Shown here piece after piece: positions 12,283-26,396 of a stretch of 64,000 nucleotides of DNA. The translations under genes and the position numbers were made by a program. A model generated the notes under the pieces. It saw only the letters and a program-made list of their open reading frames with translations, did no database searches and was not told the origin of the DNA. Each line of letters opens with the position of its first letter. Position 1 is the stretch's first letter. The stretch comes from Octopus vulgaris (Eukaryota): assembly GCA_951406725.2 (NCBI GenBank), contig OX597834.1, positions 21,018,001-21,082,000 of the forward strand, written 5' to 3'.

Positions 12283-13485
12283 TACTACATTTCACTCCAC
12301 CCAAATTTCCAAATTTCTCTATGCTTTCCAGAAGTGTGTTATCATCCTCATTAAGCATCATTGATGATCTGATCTTATTTCCTTATTTCTCACCAAGACA
12401 TTAAAAAAAAAAAAAAGAATAACAAATAAAACAAACAAACAAATAAACACAAAAAAGCAAGATCAACCTAGCAACAACAAGATACCAACGAGACTGGAAA
12501 CTAATTAGACGGCATCGAAAATCTAATTTCTCTCATAAATAAAAGAGGAAAGTGGAATCAATTTGAATTAATCATCATTGCATGAGAAATACTTTGGTAT
12601 TTTTTGTTGATTTCTTTTCTGCAATTATAGATTTAATACCAATTCTTCAACACAGAACTTCTTTATCAGCTGTCTGGAGTTTCTCTCATAAATTGATATG
12701 TTTCTCAGGTTAGAATTCCATTTGATTTAAATTATCCTCAAACCAATTTGTCTATATTCAATAAACGATTTTTGTTTTCTTTCAGTTTTTTTTTTTTTCA
12801 GTTTTGTTTAGCTATCTTTTTTTTTTTTTTAAATATCTGATATTTCTAAATTTTTATCTTGCGGAAGGCTGACAGAAAGAAACCTGTCTATTGATTTCCC
12901 CATCATCTTTATCGATTTGCAGTCATATTGCTAACTGGAATTATATTAATTAGGGTCATAACTGTTGTTGTCTAACCCTGATCAACCTGGATTTTTGAGC
13001 GTAGAGATCTATAAACGATAAATAGCCAATTTCATTGATCAAACATTCAGCTGCCAGCTACACGTCTTCATCTCTGATTATTCCATGCTTTACGTCTTGA
13101 TTGAAAACAACACCACATGTTCTGATTTGGCAGCAAGGAAACTCTGTTAACTCTTTCGCATTCAGATTATTCTGTCAAATGCACACCTTATTCACTTGCA
13201 TTCTTTTGAATTAATCCTGCATTAATTCAATTGTAGTTCCAAGACTTTGGTGATGGTGTTTGCAAACAAGACAATTACTCTTTTACTCTTTTTTTTACAA
13301 TTACTCTTTTACTTCTTTACTTGTTTCATATATCAAGTTTCACATATATCAATATATGTGTATGTATGTATGTATATATATATATATATATGTGCATATA
13401 TATATTTATTTATGTATGTGAATATATATATATATGTATATTTACATGTATATATATGTATGTATGTACGTATGTTTTTTTACAC

Positions 13486-13532
<47 letters not shown>

Positions 13533-13809
13533 TGCGTGTGTGCATGTGTGTATTTGTGTTTGTCCCCAACCAGTTCTGGTTTGTTTACGTCCTTGTAATG
13601 GATTGGCTAAAAGAGAGACTGATAAAATAAGAACCACCCTTTTAAAAATGTCCTGAGGTTGATTTGTTCAACTGAATCTTTTAAGGTTAGCAGGGACCTC
13701 AGCATAAACAAATAATGTTGATATAATACTCAGTACTTGATTGAAATTACTTTACTTTGGAAGAAAAGAAGGGACAGAAAGCAAAGGGACTCTGTGTCAT
13801 CATTTACCA

Positions 13810-13990
13810 TGCTAAAAATAGCAGTTAAGTTGCTCTCGAGCCAAACTCTAATGTCTTCCTAAAATGACACATCAGATAACATAGTCTTAGAACATTCTGT
13901 CTCTTCAATAAAAGATAGGATGGTCATAGCCGGAATGCTTTTGATCATATATCTGTTCAGTCAAGACTAAACTGTCTTTTAAACAATAGC
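13810..13990 (+). mobile_element. Interspersed repeat family H with (AAC)n tail
   Basis: ctaaaaatagcag...ggatggtcatagccggaatgcttttgatcata; related copies at ~25838, 40140, 44740, 45440, 45610 and 60100. Confidence 0.55.
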
Positions 13991-14177
13991 ATCATCATCT
14001 TCATCATTGTCTTCTTCATCATTATAATTCCAAACTTGTTTAGAAGTCTGTGACTAAATCGATGTTTCTCAGTCGTTTGTAAGAACATAAAGGTTTTCAT
14101 TCCAGCAATCACTCTTTTATTCATGTATATTATTATTATTATTATTAGTAGTAGTAGTAGTAGTAGTAGTAGTAGAC

Positions 14178-14381
14178 TAGGGGGACAAAACAGACACACA
14201 CAACACACACGCATATACATATATATACATATATACGACAGGCTTCTTTCAGTTTCCGTCTACCAAATCCACTCACAAGGCTTTGGTCGGCCGAGGCTAT
14301 AGTAGAAGACACTTGCCCAAGGTACCACGCAGTGGGACTGAACCCGGAACCATGTGGTTGGTAAACAAGCTACTTACCACA
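14178..14381 (-). mobile_element. SINE family A, 5' half
   Basis: Closely matches 10790-11005. Confidence 0.9.
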
Positions 14382-14383
14382 CT

Positions 14384-14419
<36 letters not shown>

Positions 14420-14779
14420 TTATGAAAATTTTCCCTTGATATTTGCTGAATAGACAGGTTATCCATCGGGTGCCACCCGGACACCTGAATTACATAACGG
14501 ATGTGATGTTCTTGATTTCATTGGATGATTAGATGATGTCAGGAAGCAATAGGACAGATTTTTACAAAAAAAAAACGGGTGCCCATGAATGCTCAGTAAA
14601 AATGATGTAAAATCATAAAAGTTAAGGTGATAGTTCTCTCTGTAAACTGAGACCATTAGGATTATTTTTTGGCATATTTCTCCCATGTTTGTTGTTGTTG
14701 TTGTTGTTCTTCTTCTTCTTTTTCTTCTTCTTCTCCCCACCTCCTCCCAAATTTCAGGCTTTGTACCTTTGATAGAAGG

Positions 14780-14781
14780 GA

Positions 14782-14864
<83 letters not shown>

Positions 14865-14913
14865 ATTGTTATTATTATTATTATTGTTGTTGTTATTATT
14901 ATTATTATTGTTG

Positions 14914-14957
<44 letters not shown>

Positions 14958-15111
14958 GTTATTATTATTATTGTTATTATTATTGTTATTATTATTATTA
15001 TTGTTATTATTATTATTATTATTATTATTGTTATTATTATTATTATTATTATTATTGTTATTATTATTATTATTATAATTATTATTGTTATTATTATTAT
15101 TATTATTATTA

Positions 15112-15143
<32 letters not shown>

Positions 15144-15154
15144 GTTATTATTAC

Positions 15155-15193
<39 letters not shown>

Positions 15194-15218
15194 CATCATT
15201 ATTATTGTTATTATTATT

Positions 15219-15253
<35 letters not shown>

Positions 15254-15310
15254 AATCATCATCATCATCATTATTATTATCATCATCATGGCTGTTGTTG
15301 TTGTTGTGAT
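14780..15310. repeat. Compound (TAT)/(TTG)/(CAT)n microsatellite, ~530 bp
   Basis: Directly visible; source of the poly-I/Y/L ORFs. Confidence 0.95.
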
Positions 15311-15559
15311 GTTACTTAATTAAAACTCTATATGCGTGCTGCTCTTGGTTTCCTGTGGATGCATTTCACATGCAGTGATTTTCGGCAGTTTAACAGTCGG
15401 AGAATTACTTCATCCGATGCCGGGTGTAGTGTTACGTTTCCATGTCTGCTGCATCTTTAACGCAGCCGGATGGAGCGGAGGAAGATGACAAACACGACAA
15501 CACAATGATGAGACAACAAAGTTATATCATAAAACAAACAAACAAATATACAAATGGAA

Positions 15560-16065
15560 TACACACATGTACACACATAGCAACACACACACAAACACAC
15601 ACATATGCACACACATACCCATACACACTCACACACATACACACACACATTTGCATGCATGCATACACACACATACATATACACACACATACCTACACAC
15701 ATACAAATGCATGCATAACACACACACACACATACACATGCACTCGCACATGCACACACATACACATGCACACACATACACATGCACACAAATATACACA
15801 TGCACACACACATACACACACATACACATACCCACTCTCACACATACAAACACACATATACACACACATACACATACATATACCCACTCTCACACATACC
15901 CACACACACATATGCACACGCACATACTCACACACATACCCACACACACATACACAAGCACACACATGCATACATAAGTACACACATACACACATACATA
16001 TACCCATTCTCACACATACAAACACACATATATACACATACCCACACACACGCCCACATACATGA
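15560..16065. repeat. Degenerate (CA/TA)n array with higher-order units
   Basis: catacccactctcacacatacaaacacacatata-like unit recurs. Confidence 0.9.
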
Positions 16066-16223
16066 TGACATAAAATTTTCATGGTTGGTCAAGCTTATGG
16101 CTTCAGTGAGTTCAACAAAAAAAAACCCTGCATCTTTCTGTGTTTTCATCATCAATTCATTGCGAGTTGAATCATGGGAGAATAATTTGCAGAATATTGC
16201 GTAGAAGGAAGGAGGATATATAC

Positions 16224-16263
<40 letters not shown>

Positions 16264-16333
16264 ATATACATATGTGTATATATATATTTGCGCGTATATT
16301 TGTTTATGTGTATATGTATGTATATATATGTGT

Positions 16334-16386
<53 letters not shown>

Positions 16387-16979
16387 CATGTATGTATATG
16401 TGTTGTATATATGTGTGTGTATATATCTGTATATGTGTACATATACACGTGTGTGTATAGAATGTGTATGCATATATATATGTCTATGCATGTATATCTG
16501 TGTCTGAGTGCATATAGATAGATAGATACAGATCTCTACATATGTCTATGTATATGCATGTTTATATAGCTGTATCTGTATATGTATATATATATGTGTG
16601 TATATGTATTTATATTGTCTATATGTGTGTGTGTATAGAGAGGCAGAGATGGATAACAAACATTATGATGCACAATGACCAGCAGAATCATATTTCATGG
16701 ATTGTTGGACGTTGCGCCCTTGTACGCACCTGCAACATGATGCAATAGCACCATTCCTCAATTTGCTCCATTCTAGACACGGCTTATGAAGCTTAAATAT
16801 TTGCGCCAAGCTCAACTAACCGTTTACCAGACCATCTTCTTCTTAAGAAGAACCATCCTTCTTATTAGTCACCAAAGAACGAAGCAAAAGAATGTCTTCA
16901 GCCAATAATCAGTTCTGAGTAATCTTATTGCACACATACCAAAAGTGGTATGTGTGTGCCAAAATATTTTGTTGTGTCT

Positions 16980-17780
16980 TTAACCCTTTTGATACCAATT
17001 CACCTGAGTTCTATGATGTAAATTCCTCAATTTAGAGTGATATGAATTAAAACTTAAAATGTTCCAAATACCAGCTTAAGTTCTTCTCTATTCACTAAAT
17101 TCTTCATTACTTTCAAAATTGACTGTAGCAAAGGTATTTTCATAGAAATTTGGTAACCGAAGGATTAAAAAGGATTGTATCCTTCTTTATTTTTTTTACA
17201 GAATGGCAAACATGAGAACCAGACCATCTGGTTCTCTGCCTGCCAACTTACAAGCATTATTTAACCATTTTGATATCAACCTATCCGAGACCACCTCTGG
17301 TTCTGTAATACAAATTCTCTGTCTTAAAGTGGACTGTATTAAAACCTTCCATCAAAATGTCATGTTAATTCAGGTTCCAAACTCCATCTTAATAAGACCA
17401 AAGATATTTTGCTAAAAATCCTTTATTATTTTCCAAATTAATTCAAACATAGTTAGAGTATTTCCACAGATATGTGGTAACAAAAGGGTTAAATAGTTGC
17501 TCTTCATAGGCTTTTACAGAATGGCAACCATTTAAACCGAACTTCTGCTTTGAAATCCTGCAAAACAACAAGGTTCCTAACCCTTTTGATACCACCACAC
17601 CTGAAACCATTTCTGGTTCTATAACACAAATTTCCTGCTTTAAAGTGATCTAAATTAAAACATTCCGTCAAAATTCCATATTGATTTATGCTCCAAGCAC
17701 CAGATTAATAATTGCAGACTTATTTAATACTAAATTCTTCATAATTTTCACAGTTAATTTTGTTTACTAATAAATGGGAT
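16980..17780. mobile_element. Three tandem MITE family G copies with homologous spacers
   Basis: Copies at 16980-17168, 17261-17492 and 17577-~17780; both spacers contain ttttacagaatggcaa. Confidence 0.75.
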
Positions 17781-17805
17781 AATCTCGATTTATGTAAGTT
17801 TTATG

Positions 17806-18172
17806 AAGAGTTGGGCAGGGTGCCACTACATACTGCCAAACATCCCAACGTTACCATCAGGATACAAGATCAAATTCTGCAACAACTTGGGTTTCAGAGG
17901 CCCACAGCTTTTCAATATCCTCCCAAAAATCCAGAGAGTCCTACGTGGGGTAGATGTAGGGGTCTTCAAGACAAAACTAGACCACCTCCTGCCATGAGTT
18001 CTGGTTTAACCTACCTCATGGCTAGGAAATGCAAAGGAGAACAGCAACATCAAACACCCTTAGTCACCAGATGCCACACATTGGAGGAGGGTTCAAGTAG
18101 AGAAAGTGTAGCAAAGCTAATGGCAGTGCCCCAGCATGGCCGCAGCTCTCAAGCTGAAACTATGATAAAATG
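17806..18172 (+). mobile_element. CR1-like LINE ORF2 C-terminus and 3' UTR, decayed
   Basis: FCNNLGFRGPQLFNILPKIQRVLRGVDVGVFKTKLDHLL resembles the CR1/L2-group C-terminal signature; stops follow; the tail is shared with SINE A. Confidence 0.75.
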
Positions 18173-18459
18173 ATTACCTATTTTAGCATATTCAAGGCCC
18201 TCCTTTATTAGTGTCTATACACATACACATATAGATATATATATTTATATCTATCTATATATACAATCAACAGGCTTCTTTCAGTTTCCATGGACCAAAC
18301 CTACTCATACAAGGCTTTAATTAGTCCACTGTTATAGCAGAAGGCATTTGTCCATGGTGCCATGCAGCAGGACTGAACCTTGTTGTTTAGAAACACAATT
18401 CTTACTACACAGCCACGCGTGCACATATATATATATATATATCTATATATATATATATA

Positions 18460-18788
18460 TATCATCATCATCATTATCATCATCATCATCATCATCCTCA
18501 TCATCATCATCGTTTAACGTCCATTTTCCATACTAGCATGGGTTGGACGGTTCAGCTGGGGTCTGGGAAGCCAGAAGGCTGCGCCAGGCCCAGTCTGATC
18601 TGGCAGTGTTTCTATGGCTGGATGCCATTCCTAACGCCAACCACTCCATGAGTGTAGTGGGTGCTTTTTACGTGGCACCTGCACAGGTGCCAGACGAGGC
18701 TGGCAAACAGCCACGATCGGATGGTGTTTTTTATGTGCCACCGACACAGGGGCCAGACGAGGCTGGCAACGGCCACAATTGGATGGCG

Positions 18789-18790
<2 letters not shown>
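18460..18790 (-). mobile_element. SINE family C (RTE-like tail, (GAT)n end)
   Basis: Reverse complement of ggttggcgttaggaagggcatccag...ccatgctagcatggaaagcggacgttaaacgatgatg. Confidence 0.85.
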
Positions 18791-18837
<47 letters not shown>

Positions 18838-19296
18838 GTCTATCTTTCAAGGTGGTGCTCCAGCATGGCTACAGTCAAATGACTGAAACAAGTAAAAAAA
18901 TTTGGGACTGAAACCAAAGCAACATGGTCGATGGTTGCAAACCACATCACCATTTCTGCTCTTAGAGCCATGTCTGCACCTACTGGTACTTGCTTTATTG
19001 ATCTCTGTTTGCCAAACTACAAAGTAATGGGACATAACAGAATGCAACAACATCAATATCAGTGAAAATGTAAACACAGGCTTAAACACATTTCAACCAT
19101 TTAGATAACTTTTGATGAATATTTCTGTCGATTGTTCAATAATTTTAGATAAACTGGTACAGTTTTCAGAACGGATTACAAATAGATAATTATTGAATTT
19201 CTATTTATTTTATTTTATTTTTTTATCTTCTTTATTTATTTATTTATCTATTTTTCATATCTGCTTGTATCGATTTGTAATACTAATTCTATGCGT

Positions 19297-19765
19297 AAGG
19301 TGGTGAGCAAGCAAAATTGTTAGCACATCAGGCAAAACGCTTAACAGTATTTCAGCTGGCAGAAACGTTAGCACGTCGGGCGAAATGCTTAGCGGTATTT
19401 CAGCTGCCGTTACATTGTGAGTTCAAATTCCGCCGAGGTCGACTTTGCCTTTCATCCTTTCGGGGTCGATAAATTAAGTACCAGTTACGCACTGGGGTCG
19501 ATGTAATCGACTTAATACCTATGTCTGTCCTTGTTTGTCCCCTCTATGTTTAGCCCCTTGTCGGTAATAAAGAAATAAGTATTTCCTCTGTTTTTACATT
19601 GTGAGTTGAAACTCTACCGAGGTCAACTTTACCTTTCATCGTTTGTGATGCGGGGCGAGGGGGTGATCGATAAAATAAGTACCAGCTGAGTACAGGGGTT
19701 GATGTAATCATCTTAACCCCTCCCTCCATATTTGCTGGCCTTCTGCAAAAATTTGCCACTAGTAT
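19297..19765 (+). mobile_element. SINE family B: duplicated head, full copy and partial second copy
   Basis: Head repeated at 19297 and 19355; core at 19420-19510 and 19600-19710. Confidence 0.85.
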
Positions 19766-19824
19766 TAATTCTATGTGTGTGTGTGTTGGATTCCCTGGTT
19801 GTCCTCGATGAAAAGAAGTAAAAT

Positions 19825-20267
19825 ATTGACATGTGGTTAAGAAGCTCATCTTGCAACCCTGAGGTTTGGGGTTCAGTCCCACAGCACAGTACCTTTGGCA
19901 AGTGTCTTCTGCTATAACCCAATGTCAACCAATACCTTGTAAGTGAATTTGGTTGATGGAAACTATGTGGAAACCTTTTGTGTGTGTGTTTGTGAATATA
20001 TATATATATATATCTACATGTGGGTGTGCTTTTGATCTTGTCCCTCGCACTACCACTTAGTAGCTGGTGTTGGTTTTTTTGCATTCCCATAACATAGTGG
20101 TTTGGCAAAAGAGACCAATAGAAAAAGTTACCAGACTTAAAACATGTACAAAAGTAATAATAACGATAAAATAAGTCCTGTGGTCAATTAGTTTCACTAA
20201 AACCCATTAAGGCAATGCTCCATCATGGCCACAGTCCAACGACTGAAACAAAAGATAAAGGATATAA

Positions 20268-20309
<42 letters not shown>

Positions 20310-20932
20310 CATACATGCTGGTGTGGCTATGTGGTAAGTAGCTTGCTTACTAACCACATGGTTCTGGGTTCAGTCCCATTGCATGGCACCTCAGGAAAAT
20401 GCCTTCTACTTTAGCCTCAGGACAATTTGAGAGACAAAAATTGGAAGAAGCCTATATATATATTTATGTATGTGTGTCTTTGTTTATTCTCCACGACCAC
20501 TTGACAACCGGTGTTGGTATATTTACATCCCTGTAACTTAGCAGTTTGGCAAAAGAGACTGCTAGAATAAGAATTAGGCTATAAAAACAAAAAGCGAGTA
20601 CTCGGATTGATTCACTCAACTAAAATTTTTTAAGGTGGTGCCCCAGCATGGCCGCAGGCTAATGACTAAAGCAAGTAAAAGATAAACAATATTAAACATA
20701 TACTCTATATAGATTCAGGTGTGGCCGTGTGGTAAGAAGTCTGCTTACAAACCACATGGTTTTGGGTTCAGTCCCACTATGTGGCACCTTGGACAAATGT
20801 CTTCTACTATAGCCTTGGACTGGAAAAATTCCTGTGAGTGGATTTGATAGAATCTAGAAGAAGCCCATCATATATATATATATTTATATCTATCTATCTA
20901 TCTATATATATATTTATATCTATATATCTATC

Positions 20933-20969
<37 letters not shown>

Positions 20970-21290
20970 ATAAAAGGTGATATATATATATTTATATATA
21001 TATATATTGATAAAAGGTGTTTTTTTTCTAATTTTTTTATCTATCTATCTGTATATATAGTTATGCATGTATGTTTGTCCCCCACCACTGCTTTACAGCA
21101 GGTATTGGCATGTTTACATCCCTGTAGCCTAGCAGTTTAGCAAAAGAGACTGATAGGATAGAAATCAGGCCCAAAACAAAAGTAAAATGAAACAAGTACT
21201 CAGGTTGATTTCTTCGACTAAAATTCTCCAAAGCAGTACCCCAGCATGGCCACAGACTAATGGCTGAAACAAGCATAAAATAAAAGGATA
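19825..21290 (+). mobile_element. Three head-to-tail SINE family A copies
   Basis: Copies at 19825-20265, 20318-20685 and 20715-21290, each with head and cagcatggcc-type tail. Confidence 0.85.
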
Positions 21291-21649
21291 CAGCCGTAAC
21301 CCTTTTAATGAAAATGCACAAAATATTTCTCAGTCATTTTTACCATTCAACTCCATATCTCTTGAATACTATTTCTGTTTGGTAACAATCTCTGCTGCTA
21401 CTACAAAGAGGTTTTATATCAATTTATGGATTATTGCTACTCATAAATCATTCGTATTTGAATGGAATATATTCTAATCCTTTTGATAATTTCTTTGTTG
21501 CTCTTCCTGTTATTGTTGTTGAGGGGTTTTTTTTTCTGTTTTTCATGTGTTTTTTGCTATTTTGTTATCCTTTTCAATTTTGTTTCCATAATCTCGTAAG
21601 TTTTTTTCTTTCCATTTTTTCCTATTTTTGTGATAGGGCTTATACGTAT

Positions 21650-21655
21650 ACATAA

Positions 21656-21707
<52 letters not shown>

Positions 21708-21908
21708 ATATATATGCTGACACATATACATATACACACACACACATGTATGAATAAACAGTATACACGCACACAAACATGTACATGCATATATATACTC
21801 ACACAATACATACATTTATATGCATATGTGTACACACACACAATATATACATCTATTTACATATGTGTGTGTGCATGCATGTATGTGTACATGTGTATGT
21901 GTATATAC

Positions 21909-21968
<60 letters not shown>

Positions 21969-22207
21969 GTATATACTATATGTATGTATATATATCTATA
22001 TATACATATATATACATATATATATATATACATATAGTATATACACATGTATATACTATATGTATGTATGTATATATATATATATATACATATATATACA
22101 TATATATATATATATGTATATATATATGTATATATATATATATATATGTATATATTGTGTGTGTGTATACATATGCATATAAATGTATGTATTGTATATA
22201 CTATATG

Positions 22208-22257
<50 letters not shown>

Positions 22258-22310
22258 TATATACATGCTCACTAACATATACACACATATATATACACAC
22301 ATCTATATTC
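21650..22310. repeat. (TA/CA/TG)n compound microsatellite
   Basis: Directly visible. Confidence 0.95.
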
Positions 22311-22674
22311 TATCTCATATTGAATATTTTGAAGCTGATCTTCAATAGCAACAATATCCCATGATAATCTTAGATGTTGAACGATATTAAAACAATGCCA
22401 ATCACTAAATATATATTCAATATTCTTCGATATATATATATACTATAATGTCAAAGATATTTTGTTCTTTCTCAAAGCCAAAGAAATGCAGAAAGAAAAT
22501 ATGAATCTGAAAAACCCACATCAGTCTCAAAGAATATATGATAATCTTGTTGCCGAAAGTATTTATTTTGGAATAATTTCTTTAAGCAGACATCAAGCAT
22601 AAAAACAGATGGAACTCAGATATAGTCGCATTTCCTGATGTTAAATGAATGAGACCGCCAGAGATTAAGATAAT

Positions 22675-23228
22675 TCTTACTGCTGTTAGCACAAGGCCAT
22701 GAACGGTTCTGGGAGGGGGTGGCTTGTCGATGGCATCATCCCTGTTCCTTAAATGGTACTTTATTTTATCGACCATGGAAAGGGGAACGGCAAAGTCGAC
22801 CTTGGCAGCATTTGAAGTCGGAATGTAAAAAGAAAAAAACAAAAAAAAAAAAAACCCCCCAGAAAATTGCCACTCAGCATTTTGTCTGCCATGCTAATGA
22901 TTATGCAAGCTTGCTGATTTAACGATAATTATAATTAATTCTTTTTATTGGCCACAAGGGCTGACAAACATGATTGGAAAACATAAAGGGACAAAATAGG
23001 ACGAAAGGTTACATTTCATATTTTGGTACAAAGCCAGTAATTTCAGGGGTAGGGGATAAGTCAATTACATGGACCCCAGTGTTTCAACTGGTACTTATTT
23101 TATTGACCCCAAAAGGATAAAAGGCAAAGTTGACCTTGGTGGAATTTGAACTCACAGCATGAAACAGATGAAATACTGCTAAGCATTTCATCCAGCGTGC
23201 CAACAATTCTGCCAGCTCCCCACCTTAA
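22675..23228 (-). mobile_element. Two SINE family B copies
   Basis: Copies at 22675-22920 and 23015-23228; a further copy at 23742-23910. Confidence 0.8.
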
Positions 23229-23270
23229 TAACGATGATAATAATAGTAATGATAATAATAATAATAATAA

Positions 23271-23687
23271 GTCAGTTGTTTGACCTTAACCAGTTGAGCA
23301 TGTCCCTTGGTGGCTGACGATATGTGCATCTCTGATCACGAGCAGAAGTAGTGGGGGAGCATCATAGCCATGTGTTGAGAGTGATTCTTTGGGGTTTGAA
23401 TAATTCACCTCTGGAAACATGGGTAGTTCTTTCAACATCCTTAAACATCCCTTATTCAGGGACCTTTTGAGTGGGATGGGCTACTCAACCTGAAGAAAAT
23501 TCTAACTGGGCCCCACCTGCAAGGTCATGTGCTGTTTATCTTGATATGAGATCACCATGTCGCGCACATATGGTTGTGATGCATGTGCCTGGTCTACCCT
23601 TATCCGACGGGTAGTCATGATGGGTATATTGGGCTTCGTATATTTTACCCCAGTGTCACTTTGATGGCATGAACTGCTCTCTCACTC
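23271..23687 (+). mobile_element. Non-LTR retrotransposon 3' region (family E) inserted in (AAT)n
   Basis: Highly similar to 57857-58193; common 3' end ctctctcactc(aat)n, different 5' truncation points, (AAT)n on both sides. Confidence 0.75.
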
Positions 23688-24589
23688 AATAATAATAATA
23701 ATAATAATAATGATAATAGTAATAATAATAATGATAATAATAATCCTTTCTACTATAGGCACAAGGCCTGAAATTATGGGCGAAGGGACTAGTTGATCAT
23801 ATTGACCCAAGTGTATAAATGGCACTTATTTTATCAACCCCAAAAAGATGAAAGGTAAAATGTACCTTGGCGGCATTTGAACTCTGAATATGAAGATAGA
23901 TGAAATGGCATTTATGTAATCAACTAACCACTTCTTACAGGTCTTGGGCCCAAACTTCGAACCATTATTCTTGCAATACTGGATTGTAAAATGCCGAAGA
24001 GCTGCATTAATAGGGCTTAGCATATAGGTTTGGTAAACTTATGCAGAAAAATCGGAAAAATCTGTGGATCATCCCAGCAACAAATCGATAGATTCCATGT
24101 TAGGAACCCCTTTTATCTCAAATTCCTTCCATAATCCCATATCGATACAGTTTTAATCATTTTCGGAAATCCTCTTAGTGGTTGGTTTTCCATAAGAAAA
24201 ATTTCGAGGGTGTTCTTTTTTTTTTTGGTTTTTTCACCGTTGGAAATTATTCCTGCAAGAAATTACACCCCTGCCCCACCCTAAAAAAAAAAACAGGGAG
24301 AAAAAAAGAAAGAAACAAACAAACCACTAAGTTGCTAAATGCGAGCAAATATAATATTGTTTCTCTATTACAATGGAATCAAGATTCAGAAGCAAAACCC
24401 CCCCAAAAAAAGCAAAAACAAAATAAAATGGTTGGCCTTTAGCACCATTTAATATTTTTCTAACATCTCACGTGTTGTTTCCCCACCCCCCTTTATCATA
24501 TATTCAGTATGTATATCTGCTTACTGATCTTGAAAATCCAACAAATGCTTCACTGCCCTTTATTTCAATCTATAAACAAACAATTTCAT

Positions 24590-24634
24590 TATTATTGTTA
24601 TTATTATCATCATCATCATCATCATCATCATCAA

Positions 24635-24689
<55 letters not shown>

Positions 24690-24785
24690 ATCATCATTCT
24701 CATCATCATCATCATCATCATTATAATTATTATTATTAATATTACCATTATCATCATTCTCATCATCATCATCATCATCATTATA

Positions 24786-24832
<47 letters not shown>

Positions 24833-24996
24833 TATCATCATTCTCATCATCATCATCATCATCATTATTATTATTATTATTAATATTACCATTATCATCA
24901 TTCTCATCATCATCATCATCATCATTATAATTATTATTATTATTATTATTACCATCATCATCATCATCATTATTATTATTACCATCATCATCATTC

Positions 24997-25030
<34 letters not shown>

Positions 25031-25225
25031 TATTATTATTATCATTGTTGTGGTTGTTGTTGTCATTGTTGTTATTGTTAATATTATTATTACTGCTATT
25101 ATTGTTGGTATTATCATTGTTGTAGTTACTATTATTCTTATTAGCAGCAGCAGTAGTGATATCATTATTATTTTTTAGGCTGCGTCTAGATTATACATTT
25201 TTAACCAAATTGCTTTTAAAATTAC

Positions 25226-25268
<43 letters not shown>

Positions 25269-25310
25269 GTTGTTATTATCATCATCATCGTCATCATCAT
25301 TGTCGTCGTC
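24590..25310. repeat. Higher-order (TAT)n/(CAT)n repeat
   Basis: Unit (tat)n-taccat-(cat)-tct-(cat)n repeated about 5 times. Confidence 0.9.
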
Positions 25311-25690
25311 ACTATTTTTTTTATGTTTACCGTTTCATTTTTAATATTTCTCCCCCCCCCCCCCAACTTACGCAGCATTCCTCGAATTAACCTGAGCAAA
25401 TCTATTAGCCATTCAATTTAATGTATTGAGAAGTTGCAACTGTTCCACCACCCACCACACACACACTGACACACACACGGATCTACACTCACACACACAG
25501 ACACACACACGGAACTACACTCACACACAACCACACAACCACATGGCACCACCTTTACCAGAAGTGTTCAATATTAAATAATCAAACAAACAGCCTTCAT
25601 TGTTGTTTATCTAAGCATGAAGCAATTGAAATCTGGTCTTCTAGGTTAATTATTTCTCCAGTAATAATGCTAATAATAATAATAATAATA

Positions 25691-25737
<47 letters not shown>

Positions 25738-26396
25738 TATTATTGTTATTGTTGTTGTTGTTGTTTCTAAATAGTTCTTATTAAGTAGGTCTAAATTGCT
25801 TGTTCATTCAGAATGGTTTGTTTGCCTCATAGGAGCTTCTACGTGGTCACTAAATCTGCTAGAAATAGCAACCATACCTCTTGAAATGAAGGAAGGTCGT
25901 GTAACGTAATTATTGCATTGGTCTCTCTATCTACTAAGAAAACACAGCTAAATCTCCTGAAAAAAGAGAAGGTCATACAAGACTATGAAGCCCTGCTCAC
26001 TTAACCTTCTGATAAACAACACCCAAATGTATCTATAACAACCCAGATGTGGACATTGAAGAAATCTGTGGCCACAGCTCGTGAGCTGAAACTAGATAAA
26101 ATAAAATAAAATCAATAAAAAAAATATTGATTATACTGTATAGGAACCACTACACCCTCAGATTGGTTGGCATTAGGAAGGGCATCCAGTTATAGAAACA
26201 TTTCCAGATCAGATTGGAGCCTGGTGTAGCTTCCTGGCTTGCCAGTCCACATATAAACCTATCATTTTATGGATATTAGCCTCCCCACTAAAAATCATTA
26301 GGTATTGAACCAGTATCTCCTTGGATGATACAATCCCTTCATGAGGTCAACATAACCTCTGTTTGAATTATATATGTATATATATATATATATATA

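Noticed and set aside
14459-15323. Long ORFs of 200-276 aa (poly-I/Y/L/H)
   Set aside because: Translations of trinucleotide microsatellites, open in several frames
15442-16204. His/Thr- and Cys/Val-rich ORFs, and the many YI/CV ORFs elsewhere
   Set aside because: Dinucleotide repeats lacking stop codons; no domain signal
24440-24460. miR-29-like 5' match tagcaccattt
   Set aside because: Match stops after 11 nt and no precursor hairpin is evident
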